Of a DNA stretch of 64,000 nt, positions 42,703 to 58,084 are shown piece by piece. Below the pieces are notes generated by a model. The model had not been told where the DNA came from, searched no databases, and was given only the letters and a program-made list of their open reading frames with translations. This stretch comes from Eledone cirrhosa (taxonomy: Eukaryota): the NCBI GenBank assembly GCA_964016885.1, contig OZ024746.1, forward strand, positions 77,004,001-77,068,000. Direction: 5' to 3'. Position 1 is the first letter of the stretch, and each line of letters begins with the position of its first letter. A program made the position numbers and the translations under genes.

Positions 42703-43293
42703 GTTATACTTGGGGAGGGTCATATTTGTGTTATAATATTGCCAAAATTAATAACAGAACACACTCACTGTTTGGTTGGTTTTCGCTTCTGTGTCTTTTA
42801 TATCGGTTAATTTAATTTATTCGGTCCTCAATGTTGCCATTGACTGACCAACGGTCAAAAATACAGATACAATATAGACACAAACACATATATATAGTCT
42901 ATCAAAGATCTTTCGTTGCACATCTGCAACATCGTCAATACACACACGCAAACACATGCGCAGAGAAGACAAAAAATAAACAAATAAATAAATAAATAAA
43001 CAGACTAAATAAAGATGGCGTAAGCATACAATGCAACGGGAGGAAACATAATAGCACCACTGACGATGTTGCAAATGTGCAACGAAAGAACTTTGATAGA
43101 CTATATATATGTGTTTGTGTCTATATTGTATCTGTATTTTTGACCGTTGGTCAGTCAATGGCAACATTGAGGACCGAATAAATTCAAGTAACCGATATAA
43201 AAGACACAGAAGCGAAAACCAACCAAACAGTGAGTGTGTTCTGTTATTAATTCTGGCAATATTATTACACAACTATGACTCTCCCCAAGTATA
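42703..43293. repeat. Large inverted repeat (~235-bp arms), PLE-like
   Basis: 42703-42936 is the reverse complement of ~43060-43293. The terminal motif GTTATACTTGGGGAGGGTCATAT recurs at 19660-19700, 23088-23105, 44610-44700, 47835, 49580, 59545 and 61976. Confidence 0.85.
43055..43098 (+). ncRNA. Hammerhead-like motif (weak stem I)
   Basis: CTGACGA-T-GTTGCA-AATG-TGCAAC-GAAA-GAAC-TT-TGATA in the right arm of the 42703-43293 inverted repeat. Confidence 0.55.
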
Positions 43294-43344
43294 AGAATAT
43301 TTGTTTCGACACACGATTTCATATGAAAAACCTCGCAAAAATAA

Positions 43345-43486
43345 TTCCAGCATAGTTATGTCCCTTTACGGTCTGAGTTCAAATCCCGCCGAGGTTCACT
43401 TTGCCTTTCATCCTTACGGGGTCGATAAAATAGAGTACCAGTAATGTACTGGGTAATTGCTGGCCTTGTGCCAAAAGTAGAAACAG

Positions 43487-43487
<1 letters not shown>
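43345..43487 (+). mobile_element. SINE family A (partial)
   Basis: Core and 3' tail match the other copies. A 5'-half copy lies at 44315-44398. Confidence 0.8.
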
Positions 43488-43543
<56 letters not shown>

Positions 43544-45615
43544 ACGCGCGCGAACATTTTTTTTTAGATAGATGATATTAAAAGCTCGCCCGCATTGTGG
43601 TATCATTTATGCGTTATTTTTAATAACCAAAAAGAGAAGAAAAAATTATGTATAAATAAATATATAGTGTGCAAGTGAAGGAGAAGGAGAAGAAGCAGGA
43701 TATAGAATGGAATGGAAGGCTTTACAAGCAGCATGAACAAGATCCGACATGTTTTTTTATATATCAGATGTTGGCCATTTTTACACGTTGTCCACCAATC
43801 ACCGAACGGATCTGACTGGTTTGTTGTTACCTGGCCTGCTCGTTTACCTGGTCGGTCAATAATAAAACAGGCCAAGAAGTGACTGTTTTGTGTGTGTTGT
43901 GTGTAGTGTTTGCGTCTGTGTTGCGTGTACGTATGTGTGTCTTGTCTGTTTTGTTTGTCAGTGTGTTTATGTGTTGCGTTTTGTGTTTTTCGTTGTTGTG
44001 TTTATTTATATTAATTTATGACACCGTTCCAATTTGCTTAAGCATTTAAAAACTTCTCTATCACTTAGACGTCTGTGTATCATAACTGTTCCAAACTACA
44101 CGCATCACACCACCACACCACATCACAACCTCACCGCCACGCCACCAATTTACCACATCACATCTCAACCTCACCATCACAGAAGCTCCCACACCACTTC
44201 ACCACATCACCACTATACGACGTCCCCACACCACTATCCCACCACACCCAGCCTCCACCATCCAATCAATGATGGCAGAAACAAGTTAAAACCTATGAAG
44301 AGTGTTAAACGTTATTGGCAGTATCGGTAGAGGGTCGGACACCATGCTTTGACGCATAGAGTTACGGCCCTTACCATTCTGAGTTCAAATCTCGCCGAAT
44401 AAAAGACATATTGACCGAAGCCACGCGGACACGGACACACACACAACTCCTCAGTGACTAGGTTTTTATTTTGTATCTCTCCTATGTTCTGCCCTACACC
44501 ATCTTCTTTGGAGGAGGTTACAACCATCCGGTTATCGAACCAACCAACCAACCAACCGGAAATTTATAATAAATTGAAGTGAAAACCAACTAGTGCGTGT
44601 GTTTTTATTGGCAGCATAACCCGCTCAAAGTATAACAATATCTGTTTCAACACACGTTTTCAAATAAGAAATCTTGCAAAGCAAATTAAAAAAACCAAGC
44701 ATATATATATATGTACATATACATGTGTGTGTGTATATATATGGATATATATATATAATATATATATACATACATATATATAATATGTATACATATATAT
44801 ATATACAAACATATACATATAATATACATATATATATATATACATATATATAATATACATACATATATATATATAATACATACACACATATATATAATAT
44901 ACATACATATATATATATATACATACACACATATATATATATATATACATATATATACACATATGCTCAGACACACACACACACACACACATACATACAT
45001 ACATACATACATACTTACATACATACATACGTACATACGTACATACGTACATACATACATACATACATACATACATACGTACATACGTACATACATACAT
45101 ACGTACATACGTACATACGTACATACGTACACACATACATACATACGTACATACATACACACATACATACAACTACTATATATGTCTTCTCCGTATCTCA
45201 TTGCTACAACCGGTTCAACGTAAATCTCAGCCGCATTCGGAATAAAATGTTAAAACATAATTAGAGAGATTAATACACCCGAGCGCGCGCAAATACATGC
45301 ATACAGGCAATCACACACACTCACACGGACAGACAGACATATACCGGCAGCCACACACTTATAAAGGCAGACACGCGCACACACACGCCTAAACAAATGC
45401 AGTGCACAACGAAACTAAACAATATGCACTCAAAATCAACGCGCGCTCATGTATGTATGGTGTATATAAATGGACGCATATATATATACATATCTATGTA
45501 TACATACATATATACAAATATATATACATATAGATATACATACATATATACATATATATATCTACATACATATATACATATAGATATGCATACATATATA
45601 AATGTGTATATATAT

Positions 45616-45658
<43 letters not shown>

Positions 45659-46197
45659 GTGTATATATATATATAAATATATATATATAAATGAAAGTAT
45701 AGAAATTATTGTGAGCAAGAAGCCAACAGTATTTCATAATATATAAGTGACTATAGCGTCAAAATGGAAAAATAATTAACGTAAGATGTGGGAAGATAAT
45801 TCAAACTCAATTAAAAAAAAATCAAGGCTTAGATTTATCCACAGATTTTGTGAAATCCAGGGAGAAACCAATAGAGTCTTAACTCTGAATAAAATAAAGT
45901 TTAAATACTCATCCTTCAATTCGGAAAAACTACAAATGCTCTATATAGTCTTAAAAATACTATTTCACGAAACTTTTCAGTGGGGATGGTCACGGTTGGA
46001 ACCGTTCATCAGTAGAGCTCAAACACGATAACCCTATTCCCACTGCTAGAATATGCCAAAAAAAGGAATTTAAAAGCAGGCTAGTTCACCTCGTGCGTAA
46101 TTATGAAAATAAACACACATGGAGAGACATGGCTGGTGACGTCAGATTGAGACGAATGTCTGTTTACAAGAAACAGCTGTCAAAAAACATTCCGAAA

Positions 46198-47775
<1,578 letters not shown>

Positions 47776-47976
47776 TTCGTTTCTGAATTTGTTTAGCAAG
47801 ATTCTTTATCTGAAAACGTGTGTTGAAACCGATATTGTTATACTTTGGGAGGGTCATGTTGCCAATAAGAAACACACGCACCAGTTGTTTTCACTTCAAT
47901 TTATTATAATAAATTTATAAATTTATAAATTTCCGGTTGTTGGTTGGTTCCACAACCAGATGGTTGTTTATATATT

Positions 47977-48020
47977 GTCAAAGTTCTTTCGTCACACATT
48001 CTGTGACCTCTTCAGTGACT
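47977..48020 (-). ncRNA. Minimal type I hammerhead ribozyme
   Basis: Minus strand: GTCA-CTGAAGA-G-GTCACA..TGTGAC-GAAA-GAAC-TT-TGAC. Confidence 0.7.
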
Positions 48021-48163
48021 GGGGATTCGTTTCTGTTTTTGTCCCTCTCCTTTGTTCTGTCCTACGCCATCTTGTTTTTGTGTGAGTGTTGTTCACACAC
48101 ACAAAAACAAGATGGCGTAGAACTACAGAAATAAAGACGAAAAAATATCCAAAGAGCATCACA

Positions 48164-48229
<66 letters not shown>

Positions 48230-48770
48230 AGTCAGTTCATATCTTAATGCAGCGGAACCCTTCAAACTATATTGAGAGCCGGACATAACGAGTGCAGTAA
48301 TCAGGCAGAATGCAAAATGGTAGCTGACAGCTGAGTTAATAGCTGGCAGTAAATTCCGCAGAGAATTGAATAGAAACTTAATTCCGAAATCCAACTATAG
48401 ATGAGGCCAGTGTGCCTTTGTTGAAAGAACGACATGTATGAACTCGTCAACTGGAGCATCCACCATCCTTCCTACGCAATGTAACAGAAATATTCAATAA
48501 AATTCTGCTATTATTCAATATAAGCAATAAATACTGAGCAAACAGACGGAAATTCAGTGAACATAATATTTGTGCGTGTGTATATATATCTGTGTGTGTA
48601 TGTGTGTGTGTGTGTGTATCCCGGGTTCAATCGTAAGTAAGGTACTCAATACATAGTAGAGTATATACAATATTTAATATAGAAATGGTTTTTACAGGAC
48701 TAAAACTGTTTCATTCGAAAGGGCTTTTCTCATAGAAGCAATTTCTATATTAGAAGCAATTTCTATATTA

Positions 48771-48855
<85 letters not shown>

Positions 48856-49163
48856 ATATATACATGTGCATATACATATATACACACATGTGTGTGTGTA
48901 TGTATTAAATGCGCATGTGTCAGTGTCTTTGTTTACGTTTGTGTCCTGTCTGTGTTCAACAAAAAAAGATGCCGATAAAATAAGTACAAGATTTGAAATA
49001 AAAAAGGACTTGGGTTGATATAATCAACTAACAACTAAATGAAGGGGGTGCTGTAGTATGGTCGTAGTCTAATGACTGAAACCAGTAAAAGAATAACAAG
49101 AATGAAAAAAAGAATAATGTGAACATCCTAAATTCGTTGGATTCGCTCTCGTTCTCTCTCTCT

Positions 49164-49245
<82 letters not shown>

Positions 49246-49458
49246 ATATATATATATAGTTTAAGATGGTAATAGTGACGAAACAGGAGAAGAAATCCTT
49301 CATCAGCTGTTAACCGCAGATCATAGATGTTGCGCCGAAACATCTATGATCGGCGGTTAACAGCTGATGAAGGATTTCTTCTCTTGTTTCGTCCATATTG
49401 CCATCTTAAACTTTGTTTACAGTAATTACAGTAACCACACAGCTCGTTTCGTTTCTTG

Positions 49459-49523
<65 letters not shown>

Positions 49524-49743
49524 CGTTTCTGAATTTGTTTAGCAAGATTCTTTATCTGAAATCGTGTGTTGAAACCGATATTGTTATACTTTGGGAGGGT
49601 CATGTTGCCAATAAGAAACACACGCACCAGTTGCTTTCACTTCAATTTATTATATATTTATAAATTTATAAATTTACAAATCTACAAACTTATAAATTTC
49701 TGGTTGGTTGGTTGGTTCCACAACCAGATAGTTGTTTATATAT

Positions 49744-49788
49744 AGTCATAGTCCTTTCGTCACACACTCTGTGACCTCTTCAGTGACT
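49744..49788 (-). ncRNA. Minimal type I hammerhead ribozyme (left arm of palindrome)
   Basis: Reverse complement of 49927-49971. Confidence 0.8.
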
Positions 49789-49926
49789 GGGGATTCCTTT
49801 CTTTGTTTCTGCGCCTTTCCTTTCTTCTGTCCTACGCCATTTTGTTTCTGTGTGTGTGTTCACACAGAAACAAAATGGCGTAGGACAGAAGAAAGGAAAG
49901 GCGCAGAAACAAAGAAAGGAATCCCC

Positions 49927-49971
49927 AGTCACTGAAGAGGTCACAGAGTGTGTGACGAAAGGACTATGACT
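49927..49971 (+). ncRNA. Minimal type I hammerhead ribozyme (right arm of palindrome)
   Basis: AGTCA-CTGAAGA-G-GTCACA-GAGTG-TGTGAC-GAAA-GGAC-TA-TGACT. Confidence 0.82.
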
Positions 49972-50129
49972 ATATATAAACAACTATCTGGTTGTGGAAC
50001 CAACCAACCAACCAGAAATTTATAAGTTTGTAGATTTGTAAATTTATAAATTTATAAATATATAATAAATTGAAGTGAAAACAACTGGTGCGTGTGTTTC
50101 TTATTGGCAACATGACCCTCCCAAAGTAT

Positions 50130-50189
<60 letters not shown>

Positions 50190-50457
50190 TAAAACATGTC
50201 TATAGAATCACAAGATAAAATATATACCATTTCCTCTCCCAATTAGCATAATTAACTACATAAAAAATAGAATAGACCAGGCTATAAGAATGAGGCTTCT
50301 ATGAAGAAATCTCCAACAAATAACCGAAACCAGCCCTTCGCGTCGGCCGCAACGGAATATTTATCGAATATTTCGACAGCCTAATCGCCCAAATACAGTC
50401 AATTAAACAGAATTAGGTGTAAAATAAACTAGGAGAAAATAGTATATATATATATAT

Positions 50458-50510
<53 letters not shown>

Positions 50511-50796
50511 GTGTGTGCCTGTCTGTATATGAGTTTATGCGTATATGTCTCTGTGTGTTCGCACACACACACACACTCAGGCGTTTACCGGTACAAACAG
50601 GTGTGTCAAACAGCGTCCGTTTATGTCAAATACGTAACTAAGCAATTCAATAAACAGAGATCGATAAAATGATAAAATAAGTACCGGACTGAAATATGAT
50701 AGACTGAGAAAAAAACAAAAACAAAAAGACGAAGGGGCGGAGAGCAGCTTGGTCGAAGTCCAATGGCTAAAAAAGCGATGTCTGTGAGCTCACAAG

Positions 50797-51465
50797 TGTG
50801 TACGTGCGTGTGGGTGTATGTGTGTGTGTGTTGGTGAGTATATGTGTGCGTGTGGGTGGGTGTATGTGGTTGGGTGTGTGTGTGTGCGTGTGGGTGGGTG
50901 TATGTGTGTGCGTGTGGGTGGGTGCATGTGGTTGGGTGTATGTGTGTGCGTGTGGGTGGGTGTATGTGTGTGCGTGTGGGTGAGTATATGTGCGTGTGGG
51001 TGGGTGCATGTGGTTGGGTGTATGTGTGTGCGTGTGGGTGGGTGTATGTGTGTGCATGTGGGTGTGTGCGTGCGTGTGGGTGTATGTGTGTGCGTGCGGG
51101 TGGGTGCATGTGGGTGGGTGTATGTGTGTGCATGTGGGTGAGTATGTGTGCGTGTGGGTGGGTGCATGTGGTTGGGTGTATGTGTGTGCGTGTGGGTGGG
51201 TGTATGTGTGTGCATGTGGGTGTGTGCGTGTGGGTGGGTGTATGTGTGCGCGTGCGGGTGGGTGCATGTGGTTGGGTGTATGTGTGTGCGTGTGGGTGGG
51301 TGCATGTGTGTGCGTGTGGGTGGGTGCATGTGGGTGGGTGTATGTGTGTGCGTGTGGGTGGGTGCATGTGTACGTGTGGGTGGGTGAATATGGGTGGGTG
51401 TATGTGTGTGCGTGTGGGTGGGTGTATGTGTGTGCGTGTGGGTGGGTGTATGTGTGTGCGTGTGT
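50797..51465 (+). repeat. GT-rich minisatellite (GTGTGTGCGTGTGGGTGGGTGTAT)
   Basis: Degenerate ~24-bp units. Confidence 0.92.
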
Positions 51466-51897
51466 ATAAGTGTCGAAACACTTCTAGATTCAGGTTCTAT
51501 CAAAATGGTTATTCACAACAACAACAACAACGACTTCTGTTGCTGCTCCTACTCCTCCTACTACTATTACTTCCACCACCACCACCACCACACTGTTACC
51601 ACCATCAACACTATCACTATATTCCCTACTACCACTACCACCATCACCACCACCTTCAAGCTTTAAACTAACACGATAAGATTATGAAGATGATTTTGTG
51701 CTACAAACAACACAATTTACGTTACCAAAGAAGCACGGATATACTAAGGATTTCTTATATTGGCCACAAGAGCCCTTGACATTGGGGGACAGTACATAGA
51801 CGAACGAACAACACAGAGTGAGGATTTACATCAAGTAAAGGGAACGAGAACTCCACAAGAGTAATCAGTAGATATAACTATAACGTTATAAATAATA

Positions 51898-51990
51898 ATT
51901 GTTTCTACTTTAGGCACAAGGCCAGCAATTACCCAGTACATTACTGGTACTTTATTTTATCGACCCCGTAAGGATGAAAGACAAAGTCAA
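51898..51990 (-). mobile_element. 5'-truncated SINE family A with TSD
   Basis: Flanked by AACGTTATAAATAATAAT on both sides. An older diverged copy follows at ~52140-52335. Confidence 0.8.
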
Positions 51991-54029
51991 CGTTATAAAT
52001 AATAATGTTAACAATACAATAATAAATGCCAAAAAGGAAAAGTTCTCTAATTAGAGGGGACTGCACTTTAGAGTAAAACTCCTGGGAAAACAAGCCACAC
52101 AAAACCCCAGATTACTTTGTCGCACCCAGGGCGATAGTAATTCTTTCTAACATTGGCATAAGATCAGCAATTTAGGGGAAGGAGAAGTACTTAACTGGTA
52201 ATTAATTTTACCAACCCTGGAAGGGTGAAAGGAAAAGTTGATCTCGGCGGAATTTGAACTAAGAACGTAAAGGACTGCAACTAAATGCCGCAAAGCATTT
52301 TGTCCGGCGCTCTATCGATATTGACACTCCACTACCCTAAAAATAATGGTTTCCAACATATGCACATACCGTATGGTACCGCATAGAAACTACAAGAATA
52401 ACCAGCCCGTAGTTGATCACGTGACATAACTCAGATGCTAGATTATTTTAGTTGTAGCGCAGAATTCAAGCTAACAAGTTCGTTCGCAGTCCTTAGAACG
52501 AACACCGGCTGATGAATATGCACCAATCCTATTTCATTACGTAATTACTAAAGATGAGCAATTATACTTTTAATCCATACATAGTTGGTGCATTAGAAAC
52601 CACAACGGACCAGGTAAATATTTGCTATTGTTTTCTGTATCAGGTTCACACGTTGTCATATTAATTGTTCTTGAGAAACAATAAATTAATTTCGTGTATC
52701 ATTGAGTGTTCATTGGGCCAACTCATAAATCGTGAGAATCTGACATCGATAAATTCTCGATAAAGTAGAATCGAAGTCAGTGTTGCAGCGTATGTACAAA
52801 CTTTATTGGCATATTACAATTTGTTTCGATATCGACCAGATCGGGTTACAATTAAGATGACGAGACCCGACTCTTTTTCGACATCTCGTCAGATATGCGA
52901 GTTTATATGTGCACCCACGCGAGACGGACCACATAACGGCATTGAATGCTTCGAACGGCGCACCACCTGCAACTGAAGTTACACACCTAACTAACATATG
53001 TGTGTGTGTATGTGTGTGTATGTGTGCGTGTGCGCGCGTGCGCACGCGCACAATATTTTGCATCTATGAGCATGTATATGTGGATTTGAATTACGTTTAT
53101 GTATATGTTTGTGGGAGAGACAGACCGTCAGGCAGACAGACAGACAGTGTCGCTCTTGTTTCTATGTCACAATACACAAAGAAAATTTAAGGTTCATCCA
53201 GGATTCAAAACAAATGATTTTTTTTCTTTTCTTTTCTTTTTACAACCTAATTGATATATCTATAAATCAATCGAACAGATCATAACAACATCAATAACGA
53301 CAATAGGAACTAAAACTGATGTAGAAGTAGAGTTATAGACAGCAGAAAATCATGTCATATTTCTCCCCTCCGCTACCACTATACCACAACTGACATCATC
53401 TCTGACATAATAATGGCCGCTCACAACATAACGGCTACAACAGCCATCGTTAACATCCAGAGTTGGCTCTTCGGCATTTAGTGCCCTAGGCTCGCTCTAT
53501 AACGTGCACTTCATTCTCCAAATAAAATAATTATAGTTTGGTCAGCTGACCACACAAAGAAAATTACTAAGGCCATCATTTTCCACTACATAACCCACAC
53601 TCACCCAAACCAAATCGTACAACGGGTCATAACACCATACGATACCCTCCATCACTTCAGATATTTACACAATACTGCTATACAGCAAAGATTTTTAACG
53701 ATTTAGTTATTGATCGCAGGAAAATTATATATTAATTAGAGCTGACCTGAGACTAAACAACAGAACGCCACAACAATGACACTCATGGATTTGACTGAAA
53801 CTTAAAACTCTTCAGCCAAGAATCTAACTGACTATTTACTTTATCTAATGCGGTCCTTCATATATGCACACATATCTACCGAAATACACTGACTAGTCAT
53901 ACGGACATTGGCAGGATGATCGATGGGCCACGGCGCTGGGTTAAAAAAATACACGCACAACTGAAAAATGTCAGGAAAAACTGAAGCCATAGCCGCTGCA
54001 CAAAGATTGAAACGAAAATGAAACGCACC

Positions 54030-54280
54030 TTAGCTGAACAATGAAAACCTGCCTCTAGCCCACAGAAGTCTGTTAGTCAATGATGGATTAGCTGAGCAGT
54101 GAAAACACGCCTCTGGTCCTATGCGGTCTCTTAGTTAATGTTGCCTTAGCTGAGCAGTGAAAACACACCTCTAGCCCCAAGCAGTTAGTCGCCATGAGTC
54201 TGTTAGTTAGTGTCGCCGTAGCTGAGCAGTGAAAGTACGCCTTTGGCCCGCTGCAGTCAGTTACTCAGTGTCGCCTAGCT
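54030..54280 (+). repeat. ~59-bp tandem repeat, about 4 diverged units
   Basis: TAGCTGAGCAGTGAAAACACGCCTCT... recurs at ~54030, 54089, 54147 and 54218. Confidence 0.8.
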
Positions 54281-55991
54281 TTAAGATCCTATCCACTTCT
54301 ACACACAGACACATACACTTTTATTCACTCAATAAGTCGGCCGTTCTAAATTATCCCATTATGTCTCTCTTCTGACATATTTTTAGATTTGTTTGTACTC
54401 GCCACATTCTGTTAGTGCTGGCCATAAGTTGAATAGATCTCAAGTCATGTGATATTCTGAAATCTAGGAAAAACCCTTCTATTCGTCCATTCATGTCTGC
54501 ACATGTCCTTCACAAAAGATTTCTAGGTGACGAAGTCGGCTGTAAAACGTTTTTAGCGTTCAATGGACAATCCGTTATGAATAGATGGAATCTAACTTGT
54601 AATAATAATCAATGCAGAGTTTGTTTGAGTCATGACGTTTAAGACTTACTGCTAGTAATATTCGTGAATTACTATAATCGATTGAGTTTCCTAGAGAACA
54701 GATATATTGATTTCGCTACCAGGGGGTATAAATCGTGTCTTTCACAATATATTTTTCTTTTTCTAATCGACGTTATCGTTGGTCTAGAAGCCGATATCTA
54801 CGTTATAATATTCACGAAAATAACATTTACTGGATTATAAAAAACGCCACCAACCTTCGTAAGATAAACAGCAAAACATGAACTTCCATAAAACAAGCCT
54901 GAACATGTTTTATATTGCATTTTTTTTTTATGAGGATCCTTAATCATTCAAGTGTAAGAAAATATATTCCTGAAATGTTTATCACTGTAACTCCGAAGTA
55001 TAGAGTACACAGAACCTTCTCGAAAGCTATCAACTTGTGTCTCTAGAGGCTGACGTCAAAATCTAGGTGTACAGTGTACGACTGTTACTTAGTGATGGCA
55101 TGTGGCCTTGTGGTTAGCATGTTCGGATCTAGATGCTAAGGTCGTAGGTTCGATTCCCGGATCGGGCAGTTCGTTGTGATCTTGAGCAAGATGTTTATTT
55201 TATGTTGCTCTCAAGTTCACTCAGTAATGGGGGCGGGAATGAGTCCTACATATAATATAATATATGTATGCATACAAACATATATGTATACATACATCCG
55301 TTAAAATACATTAAGAATATGAACTGAGGCAGACAGCTACAAGAGTGCTAGATAAAACGATATACAGATATCATATATACACAGACATACGTATACATAT
55401 ACATACATATTGTTAAAGAAAACCTTTCTATTGTGTTTTTTCTCAGATTTTCTTATAAGTTCTTTGCACAAAATTTCGTAAAATACAATAAAATAGGCAG
55501 TAAAAATAATCAAACAACACTCTACATACTGATGATGAAACAGTAAAAGTCTAGAAACTTTGATTATATTACGGATTTACGAACTTTGTTGTTTCAAAAG
55601 AGCTGCAAAAGACTTATTTGAAAAATATGAGGAGAAAAGATCTAATAAAAGGTTAAAACTGGAGCATAGTCATGTCTTGTTAAAGACATGACTAAATAAA
55701 GACCATTCCCTATATATGTGTGTGTATATATATATATATAACGATTTTATTATGGAAGATATGAGGTTTGTTTGTAGTCAGATTGAGTGACTCTATCTAA
55801 ACCTGTCTCATATCATTGCGTAAATCCCACTATATACGACACTAACAACAACACCAACCACATCTGTGTTTGACCATGTAAGATTCATTTAGATCCAGAT
55901 TGAGTGACTCCACCTAAATCCGTTTCTTCCCTTATATAATTGTGTAAGTCTCCCTATATCCAACAATAACAACACCAAGCATGTCTATAAA

Positions 55992-56047
<56 letters not shown>

Positions 56048-56241
56048 AGGAGGTGAGTTTTATTGTAGTACAATAAAGCAATGCAGATATCGGATAAGTA
56101 GCACTCTACAGTTTGTAGGACTGGAGTATAAATAATATAAGATCAAAAGATGGTTAAAAGAGTTCCATGTATTTTATTTTATATATTGATTTAAAACTTC
56201 ACTATTCACAAGTGTTTTTTAACCTTCATATCATGTATCCC

Positions 56242-56312
56242 TATTTCATCTGACGAAAACGCAAATGTCATCTCATGATGATATTTGTTTTTGAAATGCG
56301 CATAATAAAATA
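56242..56312 (+). ncRNA. Type I hammerhead ribozyme with long stem II
   Basis: TATTTCAT-CTGACGA-(CAAATGTCATC-TCAT-GATGATATTTG)-GAAA-TGCGCA-TA-ATAAAATA with palindromic TGCGCA. Relatives with a broken core (GGGA) lie at ~61042-61108 (+) and ~60867-60935 (-). Confidence 0.75.
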
Positions 56313-56342
56313 CATGGAACTCTTTTAACCATCTTTTGATCT

Positions 56343-56395
<53 letters not shown>

Positions 56396-56511
56396 ATAGA
56401 CATGTTGTTAGTGTCGTATATAGTGGGATTTACGCAATGATATGAGACAGGTTTAGATAGAGTCACTCAATCTGACTACAAACAAACCTCATATCTTCCA
56501 TAATAAAATCG

Positions 56512-56583
<72 letters not shown>

Positions 56584-56834
56584 AAAAACCGTTTCACTTA
56601 CCGAGTGTGGGATTTATTACAAAATATATTCTCATTTCGGGGTTGTGGCTTAAGCAATTTGCTTGCCTATATGTACAAACAGACTGATTCTTTTCAGACC
56701 CACTCCTGTGCGGTAACGACAATCCACCCTCTCTTATTTATAATTACAGCTGATTTATTCTGAGCCGTCAGCTAACCATAAACCAAAAAGTTTAGTACCG
56801 TCTAACAGGTTAACAATCACAGCTTGAATACTTT

Positions 56835-57147
56835 ATTTTTCTTCTACTTCATCTTCTTTGCTTTTGCCTTTGTCTTCTTCTTCCTCGCTTTCTTCTTTTT
56901 CGTTTTCTTCTTTTTCGTTTTCTTCTTCGCTTTCTTCTTTTTCTTTTTCTTCTTCTTCTTCGCTTTCTTCTTTTTCTTTTTCTTCTTCTTCTTCGCTTTC
57001 TTCTTTTTCGCTTTCTTTTTCTTCTTTTTCGCCTTCTTCGCTTCTTTTTTTTTTCTTCTTCGTTTTCTTTGCCTCCTTCGCTTTCTTCATCACCATCACC
57101 ACCACCACCATCACCATCACCATCACCATCATAACCCCCCCCCCCCG
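56835..57147 (+). repeat. (TTC)n/(CAC)n trinucleotide low-complexity tract
   Basis: Direct inspection. Confidence 0.9.
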
Positions 57148-57451
57148 TTCAAAGTGATCTCACATAACAATGAAACAAGTTCAACTGCATTTCTAACTTG
57201 CTAGCTGATATCTCAACGTTCGGGTTATAAATTATCCCGAGTAAATTAGACGCAATGCTTTTTTTACAATTGCAGTAATGATTGCGAAGAAAAAATACAG
57301 AATTAGTTAAGTGTCGTGTTTTAGTTATTTTTTTCTTTCCGTTTTCCCACTGTCATTCAGACTATAACACTGATATTATAACATTACACAAACACACGTG
57401 TGTGTATGTATATATATAGCCTGTGTGAGTATATGTATAAACATACATATG

Positions 57452-57490
<39 letters not shown>

Positions 57491-57539
57491 AAATATATAT
57501 GTACATATATACATATATATATGTATGTGTATATATATG

Positions 57540-57570
<31 letters not shown>

Positions 57571-57689
57571 TAGAAGAGGCACCTATATAGCATGGTGTAT
57601 ATGAAAGCATATACAATATGTGTATGTCTAAATAAATATACGAGAGTCCCGCTATGAATTTTCTGACGGCTATCTCAGTAACCGAGAAA

Positions 57690-57735
57690 ATGTCAGACAG
57701 CTGTTTCTGGATTTTTATCCGTCATCAGTGTCATT
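57690..57735 (-). ncRNA. Minimal type I hammerhead ribozyme
   Basis: Minus strand: ATGACA-CTGATGA-C-GGAT-AAAA-ATCC-A-GAAA-CAGCTG-TC-TGACAT. GUC triplet, palindromic CAGCTG, one stem I mismatch. Confidence 0.72.
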
Positions 57736-57929
57736 TAGTCACTCGGTACTAAAACAAGAATATGCTCGAGCTTATGTGTTTCTTGCGTATAAAACATTGG
57801 CTGGAGATGGTCATTTGCAGAGTGCAAACCTCACTGGTTAGCGGTAATTTCAAGTGACACTAACATAGCGGGATTCCGCATAGGGGTGTTTATATAAAAA
57901 GCATATACGGTATGTTTATGTATATGTAT

Positions 57930-58081
57930 AATTGTTTCTACTATTGGCACAAGGCCAGAAATTACCCAGTACATTACTGGTACTTTATTTTATCGACCCC
58001 GTAAGGATGAAAGGCAAAGTTAACCTCGGCGGGATTTGAACTCAGAATGGCAAGGGCCGTAACTCTATGCGTCAAAGCATG
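57930..58081 (-). mobile_element. SINE family A
   Basis: Near-identical to the copy at 35543-35692. Confidence 0.85.
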
Positions 58082-58084
58082 TAT

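Larger units (their letters stand above)
49578..50137. repeat. Near-perfect ~560-bp palindrome
   Basis: Arms of ~280 bp meet at ~49857-49860 with a 4-nt centre, and each arm carries a hammerhead. Confidence 0.92.

Noticed and set aside
50621-51671. His/Thr/Pro- and Cys/Val/Gly-rich ORFs
   Set aside because: GT-rich minisatellite that is open in most frames on both strands.
54030-54280. Repeat-spacer-like array resembling CRISPR
   Set aside because: The apparent spacers are homologous to each other, the context is eukaryotic and no cas genes are present. It is an ordinary diverged tandem repeat, as is 13700-13920.
55525-55575. CTGATGA…GAAAC hammerhead candidate
   Set aside because: No convincing stem I or stem II pairing. 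The candidates at ~18490 (-), ~30657, ~31460 (-), ~41843 and ~46170 are also incomplete and were not called.
56824-57204. Poly-Phe/His or Glu/Lys-rich ORFs
   Set aside because: Trinucleotide repeat tract with no unique protein sequence.
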